A stretch of DNA of 64,000 bases from Eledone cirrhosa (lineage: Eukaryota), in the NCBI GenBank assembly GCA_964016885.1, contig OZ024740.1:352346001-352410000 (forward strand). Direction: 5' to 3'. The position numbers and the translations under genes were made by a program. A model generated the notes under the pieces. That model saw nothing but the letters and a program-made list of their open reading frames with translations, ran no database searches and was not told the DNA's origin. Positions 36,015 to 47,334 of this stretch are shown piece after piece; position 1 is the stretch's first letter, and every line of letters starts with the position of its first letter.

Positions 36015-36495
36015 CAGCAATGCATAAATGAACTGAGAGAGAAATTGGGCATAAGAGGGATCAGATGTAGTGCGCAGGAGAGGAGATTGCACTAACCACA
36101 GCTGCATAAAAAGATGCAGAGCAATCAAAGTTGATGGAAACTATGGAGTAGGAAGACTTGGGGTGAGGTGATAAAAACTGACCTTGCATCTCTCAAAGGT
36201 GATGACAGGATTGAGATCTCTGGCTTTATGCAGGGGCTGAGGCACACATATAGTATATACCACCTACCCCCCTAGATTTACCTCCCCCACTGTAAAGTGT
36301 TCCTATGTGTCACAACAAAAAGTACCTAGTAACCACTGTAAATGTGGTTGGCATTAGGAAGGGCATCCAGTTGTAGAAACCAAGCTAAATTCAGTGCTAT
36401 ATGAGCAAAATACAGTCATCTGTGCTAGCTTGTCTCACAACAGGACAACTCATCTAACCCATGCTAGCATGGAAGGTGGACATTAAACAATAATG
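36015..36495 (+). mobile_element. RTE LINE 3' fragment with 3' UTR
   Basis: ELREKLGIRGIRC remnant and tail GGAAGGGCATCCAG..GTAGAAAC...AACCCATGCTAGCATGGAAGGTGGACATTAAA. Confidence 0.7.
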
Positions 36496-37363
36496 CTGTA
36501 TATATACATATTATACACACCCATTTCTATATCCTTCTCCATACCCTCATTATTTTCTCCTCTTTTTATTGCTGCACTGTCTGATGACTGATGACTTTCC
36601 ACCGCCATGCTTTTTACCTAGTCAGCTCTCCTTTAATCTTTTCTTACAATTTACAAACTTCTAATAGTCCCTTTTTTCTCAGATGAAGGACCCTACTAGA
36701 ATATTAGAATACTAGTCTTATAGCACATGCACACATTCCATCTTGTAAAGCTTACAAAAATATACATTTACCCTTTCTTTATTGCTTCTGAATGTCTACT
36801 TACTGTTAGTTAGTTATTATAAAATATTCTCCAATCATTATATCATAGATTTATGAACATAAGTATACAACTATACTAGTGAAAGATATAGTAGAGTTTG
36901 CTGTTTAGACAAGTAGACTTATGATCAAAGGAATTATGGTATGATTTGACTTCTATTTCTGGCAATCTCCTCATTGACTCATGTAGGATATTGTTTCATG
37001 ATGGATATAGGAACTATTTATGAAAGTTGAATAGAAAAACTTACAAGCCACCTTATTTAGTTAGCCAATATTGATAACCAAAGTATTGTTTTAAACTTAG
37101 TTTTGTTGAATATACAATGGATGAGAGGTTTAGGTACTTGGCTGTCCATGAGTTCCAAGCCTCACTACAACAGCCATTGCTGCATCTGTAAGGTACATAA
37201 CTTTGCTGAATTCAACTATACAGTTGAGTTATGACATCTAAGAGTTGGAGGTGATGGGTTTTTCTTTTATATTTTATATATTTTTTTTACTGAACAGCTT
37301 TTTAGGGCTAGTATTGGCAACTTCTTCACTACCTATTTATTGCTATCCAATACTTTACTATGT

Positions 37364-37551
37364 TTAACCTTTTAGCATTTAAACAGGCCGCATCTGGCCA
37401 GAATTCTCTCATTTCTTTCTGTTGAAACTGGCCACTCATACCGACATTAAGGTATTATTCTCAAAATAAATAGAATCTTATAGATTTAATATGTGAGGTA
37501 AAGCAAAAATACAACAGTAAATATAGAGTAATACAAATTCTAAAGGATTAA
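37364..37551 (-). mobile_element. piggyBac-type MITE (opposite orientation)
   Basis: TTAA-CCTTTTAGCATTT ... AAATTCTAAAGGA-TTAA. Interior is reverse-homologous to 26649-26870. Confidence 0.7.
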
Positions 37552-37787
37552 AATTGAATATTAATTGCAACTACTCATCCCTCTCGTCTAGTTGATACAC
37601 ATCCTTCTACACTAACAAAATAAATTGATGGCAGCTGGACAAGAAATATCTGGAATTTACTAGCATTTGAAAATAGATATTAAGAGAGTTTAATAACGAA
37701 TAGTTCATAAAAATCAATTTAATTTGAATTCTAATATTCCAGTTAATAATTTAACATAAAAATATAAATTGTTAAAAAATGGTTTAT

Positions 37788-40700
37788 TCACTTCTGTCTT
37801 TTTTTTTGTTTCTTCCCTATTCCTTTTGGTTTAGATTTTGTAACCAATTTGCTTTTATTCCCAGTTTTCTTTTTCCATTTTGGCTGTCGCTTTTGTTTCC
37901 AATCAGATTTTTTCATCCACTGTTCTCTAGCCATTTCCCATTTCAACTGTTTGGCACTTGATTTGTCTTTATTCACAATTGCCTGACTTCCAATGTTACT
38001 CATAATGTTATCTTCCAGCATGTTTGAAAATTCCTCAGCTTCCACGAAAAACTTAGATGTATCATGAGGATTCTTTTCAGATTCTTTTTTAAGCCTTTTC
38101 AGTTTTTTCATTTTAGGTTCACAAAATTTCTTATAGTCATCCTCTTCGTCACTATCGTCAGAAAATTTGACATTTTCTTCATCAATCTCACTGTTATCAT
38201 TTTCATCACTATCCCCACTAAAATCTTTAAATTCTGACATGAAATCCTCTTCAAATTCAACCTCTTCATCTGATTCTTCATCAGAACCTTCACTGCTACT
38301 GAAGTCACTTTTAAGGTTTCTCTTTTTCCTACTCTGTTTTCCAAGTTCCCCATAAAAGTCAAAGTCATTTAATTCATTATCATCTGTATTTCTTTCATAC
38401 TGGGCAAGAACTTTGTCAAATTCATTATCACTAACTTCTTCATCTTCACTGAAAATTCCTTTATCATTGTCAACAAACTTTTTGTGTAAGAAATATTGAT
38501 AGAGATATTTCTCTTCAACAGGAATTTTATCTGCCCTTTCGAGATATTTTTTATCATTTGCAGGAATTAGTTTAATACCTTTTGCTCTGTACCGATTCTT
38601 TTTTGGTTCAGAAGATTTTTCAACAATTTGTTTTGGATTTTTGAATACAAATCTATCAAGGAAACGTATCAAGGTGTAATCTTGCAGAGGATTACCTTCA
38701 TGATCAATAAATTTATTGTTTAATAATGTTGATGCATAAAGAGAGACAGTTGGGTGAAAATGAAATGATAGTAAGTATAATTCCCAAAATAGTGTTGTCT
38801 CTGCTTGGCAATAAAGAGGGTTACGATGATTTGGCATATAAGATGTGTTAATCGGCACATATTTTAAATTTTTACGATGTATCCAAGAAGAAATCTTTTG
38901 AGATGACTTAGTATTGTCTTCTTCCTCATTTGTTGTTGACTCTAAAGCTAATATTGTTTTTTGTGGGGAATCAGTATCATCATTTAACTCGACATCTTTA
39001 TAGCATTCCTCATCATCACTATCCAAGATGGTTTGAGCATCCTGCTTCAGGTTCAGTAATTTAGGTTTCTCACGAAAGACTTCAGACAAAAGGCAAAGAG
39101 AACCACAAATAAAAGGAGGATACTGATAAAGACATATTTGCAGAAGTCTTTTAATAAAAGCTTTTATTCTGGCTTCAGAGTGATCTTTTTTAATGGCTCT
39201 GAAGACAAGATTTAAAAAATGCATTTGTCGATTAGAATTCTTCAGGGCAGGGTGGCACATTCTTCGATAAAGAACCATATAAAATCGATCAGATAAACTT
39301 TCTGATTCCATTATTTGATACAACAACATCAGTACCTGTAAGCTAGTATTAAAGTTAACAAGATGCACAGTTTTGAATAGTATTTCTGCATGATCTTTAA
39401 TGAACTCTCGATTTTCAAGTATGATTTTGAAAGCAAAGTTGATACCAGAGAGGATAGCGCTAAGCATTCGATTGTCCATTTCACCCTTCTGAATAAATTT
39501 TTGGAAAAATTTCAAGTAAACATTAACAAGTTTCTCAGCTATTTTGCTTTCACCTTCTTTAAGCCGAAGATTAGAGAGGAAACAGAATGCATAGTAAATA
39601 CCTCTGTCTTTCATACCAGGACGACACAGAAGCATTTCCACTTCTTCAATAACTTTTAATTTTTTTAATGGACAGATTCTCAAAAATTTAGTCAAAACAT
39701 ATACTGTTTTTGCTGCTACTTTGTAACTTGGATCACCAATTTTGTTTACAACAGATGACAGTAAAATAGTCTCTTGTTCAGAAGTATAAGCAAGAATTTC
39801 ACTAGCAATAGTCAACACTTTTTCTTTGCAAGCATCTACATTGTCTTGTAGCAAAGTAATTAATGATTCAGTGAAAATACCAAAACGTTTCTTTAATTCA
39901 CTTTCAAAGTACCACAAAGCAAGTTGTTTTTTTCGATTAGAGTTAATTAACTCATCAATTTTGTGCTGATGAAATGGCATTAAAGTTTTGTTTGCTGGTA
40001 AAATATGCTTGATAAAAAGGTCTTTCAATACAGTTGCAGCTTTAATGTTAACATGGCGACTTTTTTTCTGTGTCATAGCAATAAGATTATCCAAAGAATC
40101 AATATTGTGGACAGGAGATTGGGTTACACAAAGCTGGAAAGCTGCTTCTTTGTCACTCAAAGTTCCAGATGCAATAACCTTTTCAAACCAGCTATTTTCA
40201 GAAGGATTCCTTTTATTTCTCAGCTTTTTGTAATTTTCTGCATCTTTCTGGAATATTTCTGCAGCTTCTGACTCCAAAGTTTTCACACTAATATATGGAG
40301 TCGGACTACTGTTATCTGTATTCTTGTCATCAATGTTTTTCTTTTCAAAATAATCATACCAAACTGCACCAGCTTCAATAACTAATTTTGGAAGTTTTTT
40401 TTTTTCACTTTTCTCATTATTAAGTGATTTTGTGGTACTTGAAACTTCATTGTCTTGGAGTTTTTCAGAAGTTTTATTTAACTTAGAATGATTCTTATCT
40501 ATCTCAGATTTATATTTGTTTTTGGATTTCTTTTTACTTGGTGCTTTACTGTCAGTAGAATTCTTAGCTGTGTCAGCCAAAATTTCTTTAGTCTTGGACA
40601 CAGAAGACTGCTCAGTCTGTTTTTTTATTATGTTCATTTCACCCCAGTTGAAGTCCTCGGGTAGAGGTTTTGCAGAAATATTTGTTTTCTTTTTAGCTGG

Positions 40701-40871
40701 TGCCATTGTATTAAAACCAAGATTTTTCATAAATGCTTCTAAGTCAGGGACAATTTCTTCAGAATCATTTGAATCACTAGATTCTTCCATTTCGATATTG
40801 TTTTTATCAATATGTCTAAGATTTTTATCCTTTTTGGCAGCTTTCTTTTTCATTTTCAATTTTTCTGACAT
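37788..40871 (-). CDS. CEBPZ: CCAAT/enhancer-binding protein zeta / Noc1-Mak21 ribosome-biogenesis factor, ~1027 aa, single coding exon
   Basis: Motifs SGTLSDK.AA, SPVHN...LD.L, LWYFE..LK, VNKIGDP..KVA, SDRFY..LY, RIKAFIKRLLQ, RNPLYC.AE...WEL..L..H.HPTV, GNPLQDYTLIRFLDRFVFKNPK, acidic tail, KQLKWE. A polypyrimidine tract + TAG acceptor at 40886-40887 suggests the ATG at 40871 (MSEK) rather than 40934. Confidence 0.93.
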   Translation of the reverse strand: MSEKLKMKKKAAKKDKNLRHIDKNNIEMEESSDSNDSEEIVPDLEAFMKNLGFNTMAPAKKKTNISAKPLPEDFNWGEMNIIKKQTEQSSVSKTKEILADTAKNSTDSKAPSKKKSKNKYKSEIDKNHSKLNKTSEKLQDNEVSSTTKSLNNEKSEKKKLPKLVIEAGAVWYDYFEKKNIDDKNTDNSSPTPYISVKTLESEAAEIFQKDAENYKKLRNKRNPSENSWFEKVIASGTLSDKEAAFQLCVTQSPVHNIDSLDNLIAMTQKKSRHVNIKAATVLKDLFIKHILPANKTLMPFHQHKIDELINSNRKKQLALWYFESELKKRFGIFTESLITLLQDNVDACKEKVLTIASEILAYTSEQETILLSSVVNKIGDPSYKVAAKTVYVLTKFLRICPLKKLKVIEEVEMLLCRPGMKDRGIYYAFCFLSNLRLKEGESKIAEKLVNVYLKFFQKFIQKGEMDNRMLSAILSGINFAFKIILENREFIKDHAEILFKTVHLVNFNTSLQVLMLLYQIMESESLSDRFYMVLYRRMCHPALKNSNRQMHFLNLVFRAIKKDHSEARIKAFIKRLLQICLYQYPPFICGSLCLLSEVFREKPKLLNLKQDAQTILDSDDEECYKDVELNDDTDSPQKTILALESTTNEEEDNTKSSQKISSWIHRKNLKYVPINTSYMPNHRNPLYCQAETTLFWELYLLSFHFHPTVSLYASTLLNNKFIDHEGNPLQDYTLIRFLDRFVFKNPKQIVEKSSEPKKNRYRAKGIKLIPANDKKYLERADKIPVEEKYLYQYFLHKKFVDNDKGIFSEDEEVSDNEFDKVLAQYERNTDDNELNDFDFYGELGKQSRKKRNLKSDFSSSEGSDEESDEEVEFEEDFMSEFKDFSGDSDENDNSEIDEENVKFSDDSDEEDDYKKFCEPKMKKLKRLKKESEKNPHDTSKFFVEAEEFSNMLEDNIMSNIGSQAIVNKDKSSAKQLKWEMAREQWMKKSDWKQKRQPKWKKKTGNKSKLVTKSKPKGIGKKQKKRQK

Positions 40872-41460
40872 TTTTAATTGATGAACTATACACAAAAAAA
40901 AAAAATTGAGATGAGAATGTAATAAAGTATTCATTTTTATTACTTAATGTAGAAAAATTCAATCAACCTTTGTTGATCATTTACTTATATTTTACCACTT
41001 AAAACCTAAAAAAGATGCTTTAACATCACCACCAAGAGCAACCATAATGAACCTTTTAATCTTTGTTATTCTATGCTGCTTCAGTCTGGTATTATTTCAT
41101 ATGTGAAGCTCAGAATTCTAAGACTTCCTTACTAACAGTACACAAAACTTTATGATGAACTCATCATCCAATCACATCACATGTCCATACCAAAAATGTT
41201 GTCTCTTACAACTTAACTAATCCCTTTAATGCCCAGCCATTTTCTCTGCCTTTTATACACATTAACATTACATATGCAAAACATTTATAAAGTAACAGTC
41301 AAGAGGTGGATTAGCAGAATTATTAAAACATTGTACGAAAAGCCTTGTAAGATTTGATTTGACTTTTATGCTTTTTGAGTTCCTATCCTGCTATGATCCA
41401 CATGGATGGCAGACAATCTGTCACTCAATTTAACACCACCACCTGTCCCTTGAGTGTTTG

Positions 41461-41672
41461 TAACCCTTTAGTATTTACATTACTCTATATTTACAATTGT
41501 ATTTTCACAGTAAACACTTTAGTTCACATATCAAATCTAGAAGATTTTGATATTATTTATTTTGAGAACAATACCTTAACATCGCTATGAGTGGCCAGTT
41601 ACGGCCGGTTTGAACAGAAAGAGGTGAGAAAATTCTGGCCAGATACGGCCAATTTAAATGCTAAAGGGTTAA
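41461..41672 (+). mobile_element. piggyBac-type MITE
   Basis: (G)TAA-CCCTTTAGTATTT ... AAATGCTAAAGGG-TTAA. Confidence 0.8.
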
Positions 41673-44519
41673 TGGAGTTCAATCTGTTACAAGCATTTAG
41701 TCCAGGCTTCCTGTCTAAGAATACCTCTCTCCCACGAGTCTCACAGACCCTGAAATGGTACATCTCATTTATTTCTATCCTTCATTGGTCTTCCAAAGTG
41801 AATGCCCACAAATAACTCACTTTTTTCACACCCCTTTCATATAGTTCACCTTTCAACAGCTATTTGAATTTCTTCTAGTTCTCTTTATTCTAGCAACTAT
41901 TCTTTCACTCCACTAGGTAACAGAGACTAACAACTACATCTAATGAGTTAAGTGATCAATTCCAAGGTTTCATGTGTTCCCATTACTAACTTCTGTACAA
42001 CTATTATATTTGATGTCCTAATCTGTCAGGCTACCCAAAATTTCACTGAATATTTTACGCATCCTTACACTATGCAATACTTACACTAAATGTAGAGTAT
42101 CGAGTTCCTACCTATTACCTTCCTATATATTGAACAAGATGTGTTATTCCTGGATGTGCACAAAGAACCAAACTAGATACATCATCATCACTGTTTAACA
42201 TCTTTTTTCCATGCTTGCATGAGTTAGACAGGTTGTCCCATTTTGAGGCTAGACTGAAAGTCTTTCTTAACATCAACCATTTTAGAAATTGTACTGGGAA
42301 TAGGATTTCTATGACTGGATGCCATTCCTAACACCAACCACTTTACAGCATGAACTGGGAACATTTTATTATGACTCCATCATTACTACCTTAGAGAGTG
42401 GGCCGAGTGCATTTTTATTGTGGCACCATTACTGGGGAGGCATTGATAGAGTGGATGGAGTCATACTGCTGTGAGGTAGGAAGCATAAGTCATGGGGATG
42501 GCTTTGAAGAGAGTATGTTGCATCTGATTGTAAGGTGTGCTTGGTTTTCCATGCTGGCATGTGTTGGACAAGGCAGTGAACCTTTATTTATAAATTAAGG
42601 GTAATGATGTTCTTATCCACTAGACCAGTGACACATGAGCAAGTAATGTTACAATTTTAGGTTATCATATTTATCTTTCAGTAAAGATAGTGTTCTTGAG
42701 TTGATGTCAGTACTAAACTTACTGATATATGATCGGCTGGGTATTTGTTCTTAAGAAATGTATTTTTCAGGTAACTAAATTTCTTCTATATAATCTAATA
42801 TATTGGTGTAATTCATGTTTGCCTCCCCACTACAGGCAACAATATGGTTGGTGATAGGAAGGGCATCCGGCTGTAGAAACCAAGCCATAAACAGAGCATA
42901 CAAGCAAGATATAGTCACCTGACCAGTCTGGCCTCGGTACATGAACAGCCCATTTAACCTATGCAAGCATGGGAAATAGACTTTAAATAGTGATGGTAGA
43001 CATTTGACAATTCCTTTTCCCCAGTACATCAAATAATGGCAATTGCTACCTTCCTTCTTCAGGGTGTCTGGTTTGATATATGTAGTGAGTCCATGCTGTC
43101 TACAATAACTTGGATATTCACTTAATGTTGTCAAAGAACAGGGTCGTAAATGTTTCTTGATTAGGCTACAGTTAGTATTCTATTTCCTACTTTTACATGT
43201 CTTTATGGCATAATGGATAATAATACTGTTACCCTCCTTAGTTAAGACATATAGATTCTTATTTCAAATCCAGTCAGGTACTATGTACACTTGTGAATAA
43301 AAGCCCTAATAATGATCAGAGTCCAAAATGTTAACAGTTTATAATTTATTACAGCATAATCACTAAGCAGGACATTTCCCAATACCAAGATCTCGTTCAC
43401 TACCCTTGATTGACCTGTTGTTTTCAATGTCTTATTCTTCTTTATAATACTGTTACTAATCATACTGAAGCTAACATTGATAAATAATTCTCTATTGGTT
43501 CCACTTTTGTGACCGCTTTTCTAATGAAATACACTCAATTAAGATCAGGAATTTTGCAAGATTTACTAAATTTATTAATTCACTGCTAAGGTAATAACTT
43601 AATACTTATATAAAATTATGTTACATTTTAATTTAAATAGGAACCTTTAAAATCAACTATTTTGTTTCATAGAACGGTATCGGACAGGCTGGTGTCAAAA
43701 AAGGGTTATGGCTGGCAAACTTGTGCTAACCCACATATACTTCTCATTTTTGATCAAGCTTTTATGTGAGAAATGGCAGTCCAATTTCCTTCAAATCACA
43801 CACTACAATCTTAAAAAGGGAAACAAATTAGATAATGTAGTCCTAGATATAATATGCTTGAATAAAAGATAGGATTGTCTGCTTCATCAAAACTGACTTG
43901 GAGGCCTAACAACCTCTCAGTATAACATCTCTCTCTAATGAACACCCAGATTCAAATGGACATACTGCTTTGCATTTTAGAACATTTCATTCTTTAATCC
44001 CCAAAGTGTACAATATTAGGAGGTAAAGCAGCAGGGGTAACGAGAGTTGAATACGTAAGGGCAGAAGTGAAGGAACTGGATATAATCTAGAATGGGCACT
44101 CACGGCGAGCTGGGACAATACTTATTTCCTGTCAACTTTGACTATGGAAGTTAAAATCTGATTGCCAGTCATGCAGCAAGAGTTCTCAAACCCTAAAGAA
44201 AAAGACATTTTTGACGGCCCTATCTTAATTAACACATGAAAGAGCTGAAAAAATGTTCACCCATTCACACTACTTTCTCGCTGCGCTTGTTCGGTGCTAG
44301 TCGATGCAAGTGTTATACATGATAGCGAACATCTGTTGATTTCGGTTCGTATAACGAAATATCCCCACTTAATTCCCTTTTAATCGTGTTTTATCGAAAA
44401 ACCTCTTAGTTATATAATACAATACAACATGAGGGGGGCAATGAGTGTTGTTTTCTAACATTTATCAAAAGAACGACATTGTATTCAAAACGATGTAAAG
44501 AAATTATATCAAAATACAA

Positions 44520-44770
44520 TACCTACTTGGGATGGAAATGACAAATTTATCAAAAAACTTTCGTTGATCGACGAATCAAAGAAATATGTTTCACTTAATA
44601 TATTACAGGAATGTTTTAACTGTTCATTTCGTTAATTTAATTGAAGCACGTGTACTGTGAGTTAATTTGCTACCACAAGCACGCGTGTCAGAAATGAAGG
44701 GCAGATAATTGAGCGGTGCGTATGTTAAATTCAACTAATTATCAATATTCCGGTCTTTCCTCGCGGCACA
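44520..44770 (-). promoter_or_regulatory. Putative CEBPZ promoter / non-coding first exon with Myc-type E-boxes
   Basis: Local CpG enrichment; CACGTG at 44647-44652; CACGCGTG at 44680-44687; minus-strand donor CAA|GTAGGT at 44526 that could join the acceptor at 40886. Confidence 0.45.
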
Positions 44771-45015
44771 AGAAATTATCGAATATAATTGAACTTTATT
44801 TTTTCAGACACAATTATATAAATAACATTACAAATTATTTATAATTCTTACAGAATAAAAATATATATGAAAATAATATATACAATAAATTTACAGTAAA
44901 ATAACATTGCAAATATGTTTTAAATATATACATAAATAACATTACAAATGCGTAAATAACATCATAAATTGCTCGCAATTCGTTCAGAAAGACATTACAA
45001 ATATAATGTCTAAAC

Positions 45016-45380
45016 CAGTGGTTCTCAACGGTGGGCGAAAGGCCCGGGACAATTTTGAGTGGGCCCGGAGAAATTTCAGTGGGCCTGGAAATTTTTTCAG
45101 ACTTTCTTGGAACTTAAGATCACACAAAATTTAAATGCAGTCGGGATCATATGGGGGAAAGTGTTCCAGAATGCTCTTTGAGCACTGACCCTGGCAATTT
45201 CTAGGGAGTAAAGTGGGCCGGGAGAACAAAAAGATTGAGAAGCACTAGTATATATATCATGTGGGGGTTATAGTCCGGAATAGTTTTTGAGTACTAGTTT
45301 ACGCTTGTAAAATAAGTGGGCCCGGACATTTTTCGGGGGCTAAATGTGGGCACGGGGGTCAAAAAGGTTGAGAAACACTG
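45016..45380 (+). mobile_element. hAT (Charlie-like) MITE
   Basis: TIR CAGTGGTTCTCAAC/GTTGAGAAACACTG; perfect 8-bp TSD GTCTAAAC at 45008-45015 and 45381-45388. Confidence 0.9.
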
Positions 45381-45519
45381 GTCTAAACCGTGTTTAATAA
45401 TATACAGTAAATTGATGGAACAATAATGATAAAGGAAGGAAAGAAAGAAAAAAAAAAGGGGGGGGGGGGCACCAGCAAATGCTATAATTGGCTGCATCTC
45501 ACACCTTAGGAGTTAACTA

Positions 45520-45912
45520 TACACTTGAGGCAAGCCAACACGCTCGCAGCATTACCACGGGTGGTGGCAAGGCTAAGGCGCTGAAATAACCACGCACCCA
45601 CAGTAAGGTGGACCGCCAATGATGAGAAGAAGCTGGCTGTCGGCGGCCCAACTCCACCGAACTTCTCGAACGCCACAGGCTGGAAAAAATCATTATTTGA
45701 TAAGTCATGATATTTCCGAATTTTATTCCGTTCTGCAGCGGAAGGAGTGACCCCACATGCAATGCAGCGTCCATGATGTGGGAGGGAGCAAAAGAGTCAC
45801 TGACTGGGATGTCCCAGATGAGACACCTACCTCTCACCCAGTGACAAAGAGTAAGAGCGTCTGGTCTCTTCTCATCACTTCTGGATAAACCACCCGGTTC
45901 CAGAATTACATG
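45520..45912 (-). mobile_element. CRE-like element RLE-domain fragment
   Basis: LEPGGLSRSDEKRPDALTLCHWVRGRCLIWD.PVSDSFAPSH, homologous to 30930-31310. Confidence 0.75.
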
Positions 45913-46079
45913 AATATTTCACATAAAAATATAGAATCAAAACGAAAGTTTTGATTCTATATTTTTATGTGAAATTATTAATTCAACACTAATTGTGTTA
46001 ATCGGTCATACACCTCAACGGGAGCCTCCCTATAATACTTTTTTGAGGCTCACAGCATCTTCACGGGCATCACTTAACA

Positions 46080-46264
46080 CAGGCATGTCAAACTGAGGGT
46101 TCCCCGAGGGTCACATGGGTCACATGTGTTGTCTGAGGGCCACACACGACAAGTAATTGCGCACATTACAACTAATTTTATGAAGATAAAACATGCTCGC
46201 GCTGTAAATACCTTTGTGCGGGCCGCAGGTGAGCTTGTAAAGGGCCGCATGTCTGACATGCCTG
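46080..46264 (-). mobile_element. hAT MITE (copy of 32762-32970)
   Basis: TIR CAGGCATGTCA/TGACATGCCTG; TSD ACTTAACA/ACCTAACA. Confidence 0.8.
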
Positions 46265-46669
46265 ACCTAACACCTTAGTAAGGCGAGCCGCTAACGATGA
46301 CAAGAACTTTGTTGTCAGCAACCCAGCTCTCACAAATCTCTCGAATGTCACAAGCTGGAAAAAGTAGTTTGCCAATAATTCTATGAATACTTGAGAATTT
46401 TATTCGGATATTATGGAATATTTTTGCCAACAGTGATCATCTCTAGTTTCCTCGAACTCTGATTTTTTTTTTTAATTTGTTATTTCTATACATAGTTAAC
46501 TAAATTTGGATGAGTTTGCAAAATCGCTAGGGTGTTGGAGAAAATGCCTGCAGTATTTAGTTATGGATTTTTAGATACTAGTATTAAATTTATCAATCCG
46601 ATCAATATTCAAAATGTCACTTACATTTTGCGAGTACCAAATTTTCTGTGGCCGACTTAGTCTGAATGA

Positions 46670-47255
46670 GCTTCACATCTCCATCAATCTGAAAGCCGGG
46701 ACCAACGTTTGTTGCGGATTAAAATGTCGACGTGACAAGAACCCTTGATTCCAAGTGTCTTCGTGGATTGTCATGATAACTAAATTCAGTTCACTTCCAC
46801 AAGCCGAATTTTATTTTTAAAAAAATAAATAAATAAGGGCTCTAGCCAAAGTGTCTATTCACTAAATTCTGGAGCCACTGTCCAGGGCAGATGAAATGAG
46901 GTCTGATGGTTTTACTTTTTGTCCATGGGCTAGAGGTAGATGTCTCATAGACAGTGGCTCTTTCGCTCCTTCTCACATCCTAGATGCTGCACAAAAGGTG
47001 GGAATCACTGCATCTATAGTCAAACTCAATAAAATTCTGGTATACCATGATTTATCAGTAAAGTATATTTTCCAGCCAATGGCATTTGAGACGTCTGGGA
47101 GAGCTAGATTGCTGGCAACAGAGTGTTTGTCATTGTAGCCAGCTTGCCTAACTAAAGTCTCAGGTGATGCTTGTATGGGTGTTCAGCTATTGTAACATCT
47201 TAGCCTCGCTATCACCTACCACAATGTTGTGAATGTTATTATTTACCTCAAAGAT
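46670..47255 (+). mobile_element. CRE-like element 3' fragment
   Basis: LEPLSRADEMRSDGFTFCPWARGRCLI..SFAPSHILDAA...FQPMAFETSG. Confidence 0.7.
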
Positions 47256-47334
47256 TTTTAGAGGAAAATACCTGTAGTGTGTAATTGAGTATTCAGGTCT
47301 TCTAAGTTTGTTTGTTTTTTTTTCTTGCTAATTA

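Noticed and set aside
40872-40934. ORF-finder start for CEBPZ (MNTLLHSHLNFFF...)
   Set aside because: Runs through a poly-T tract and TAG acceptor, so most likely intron plus UTR; ATG 40871 preferred.
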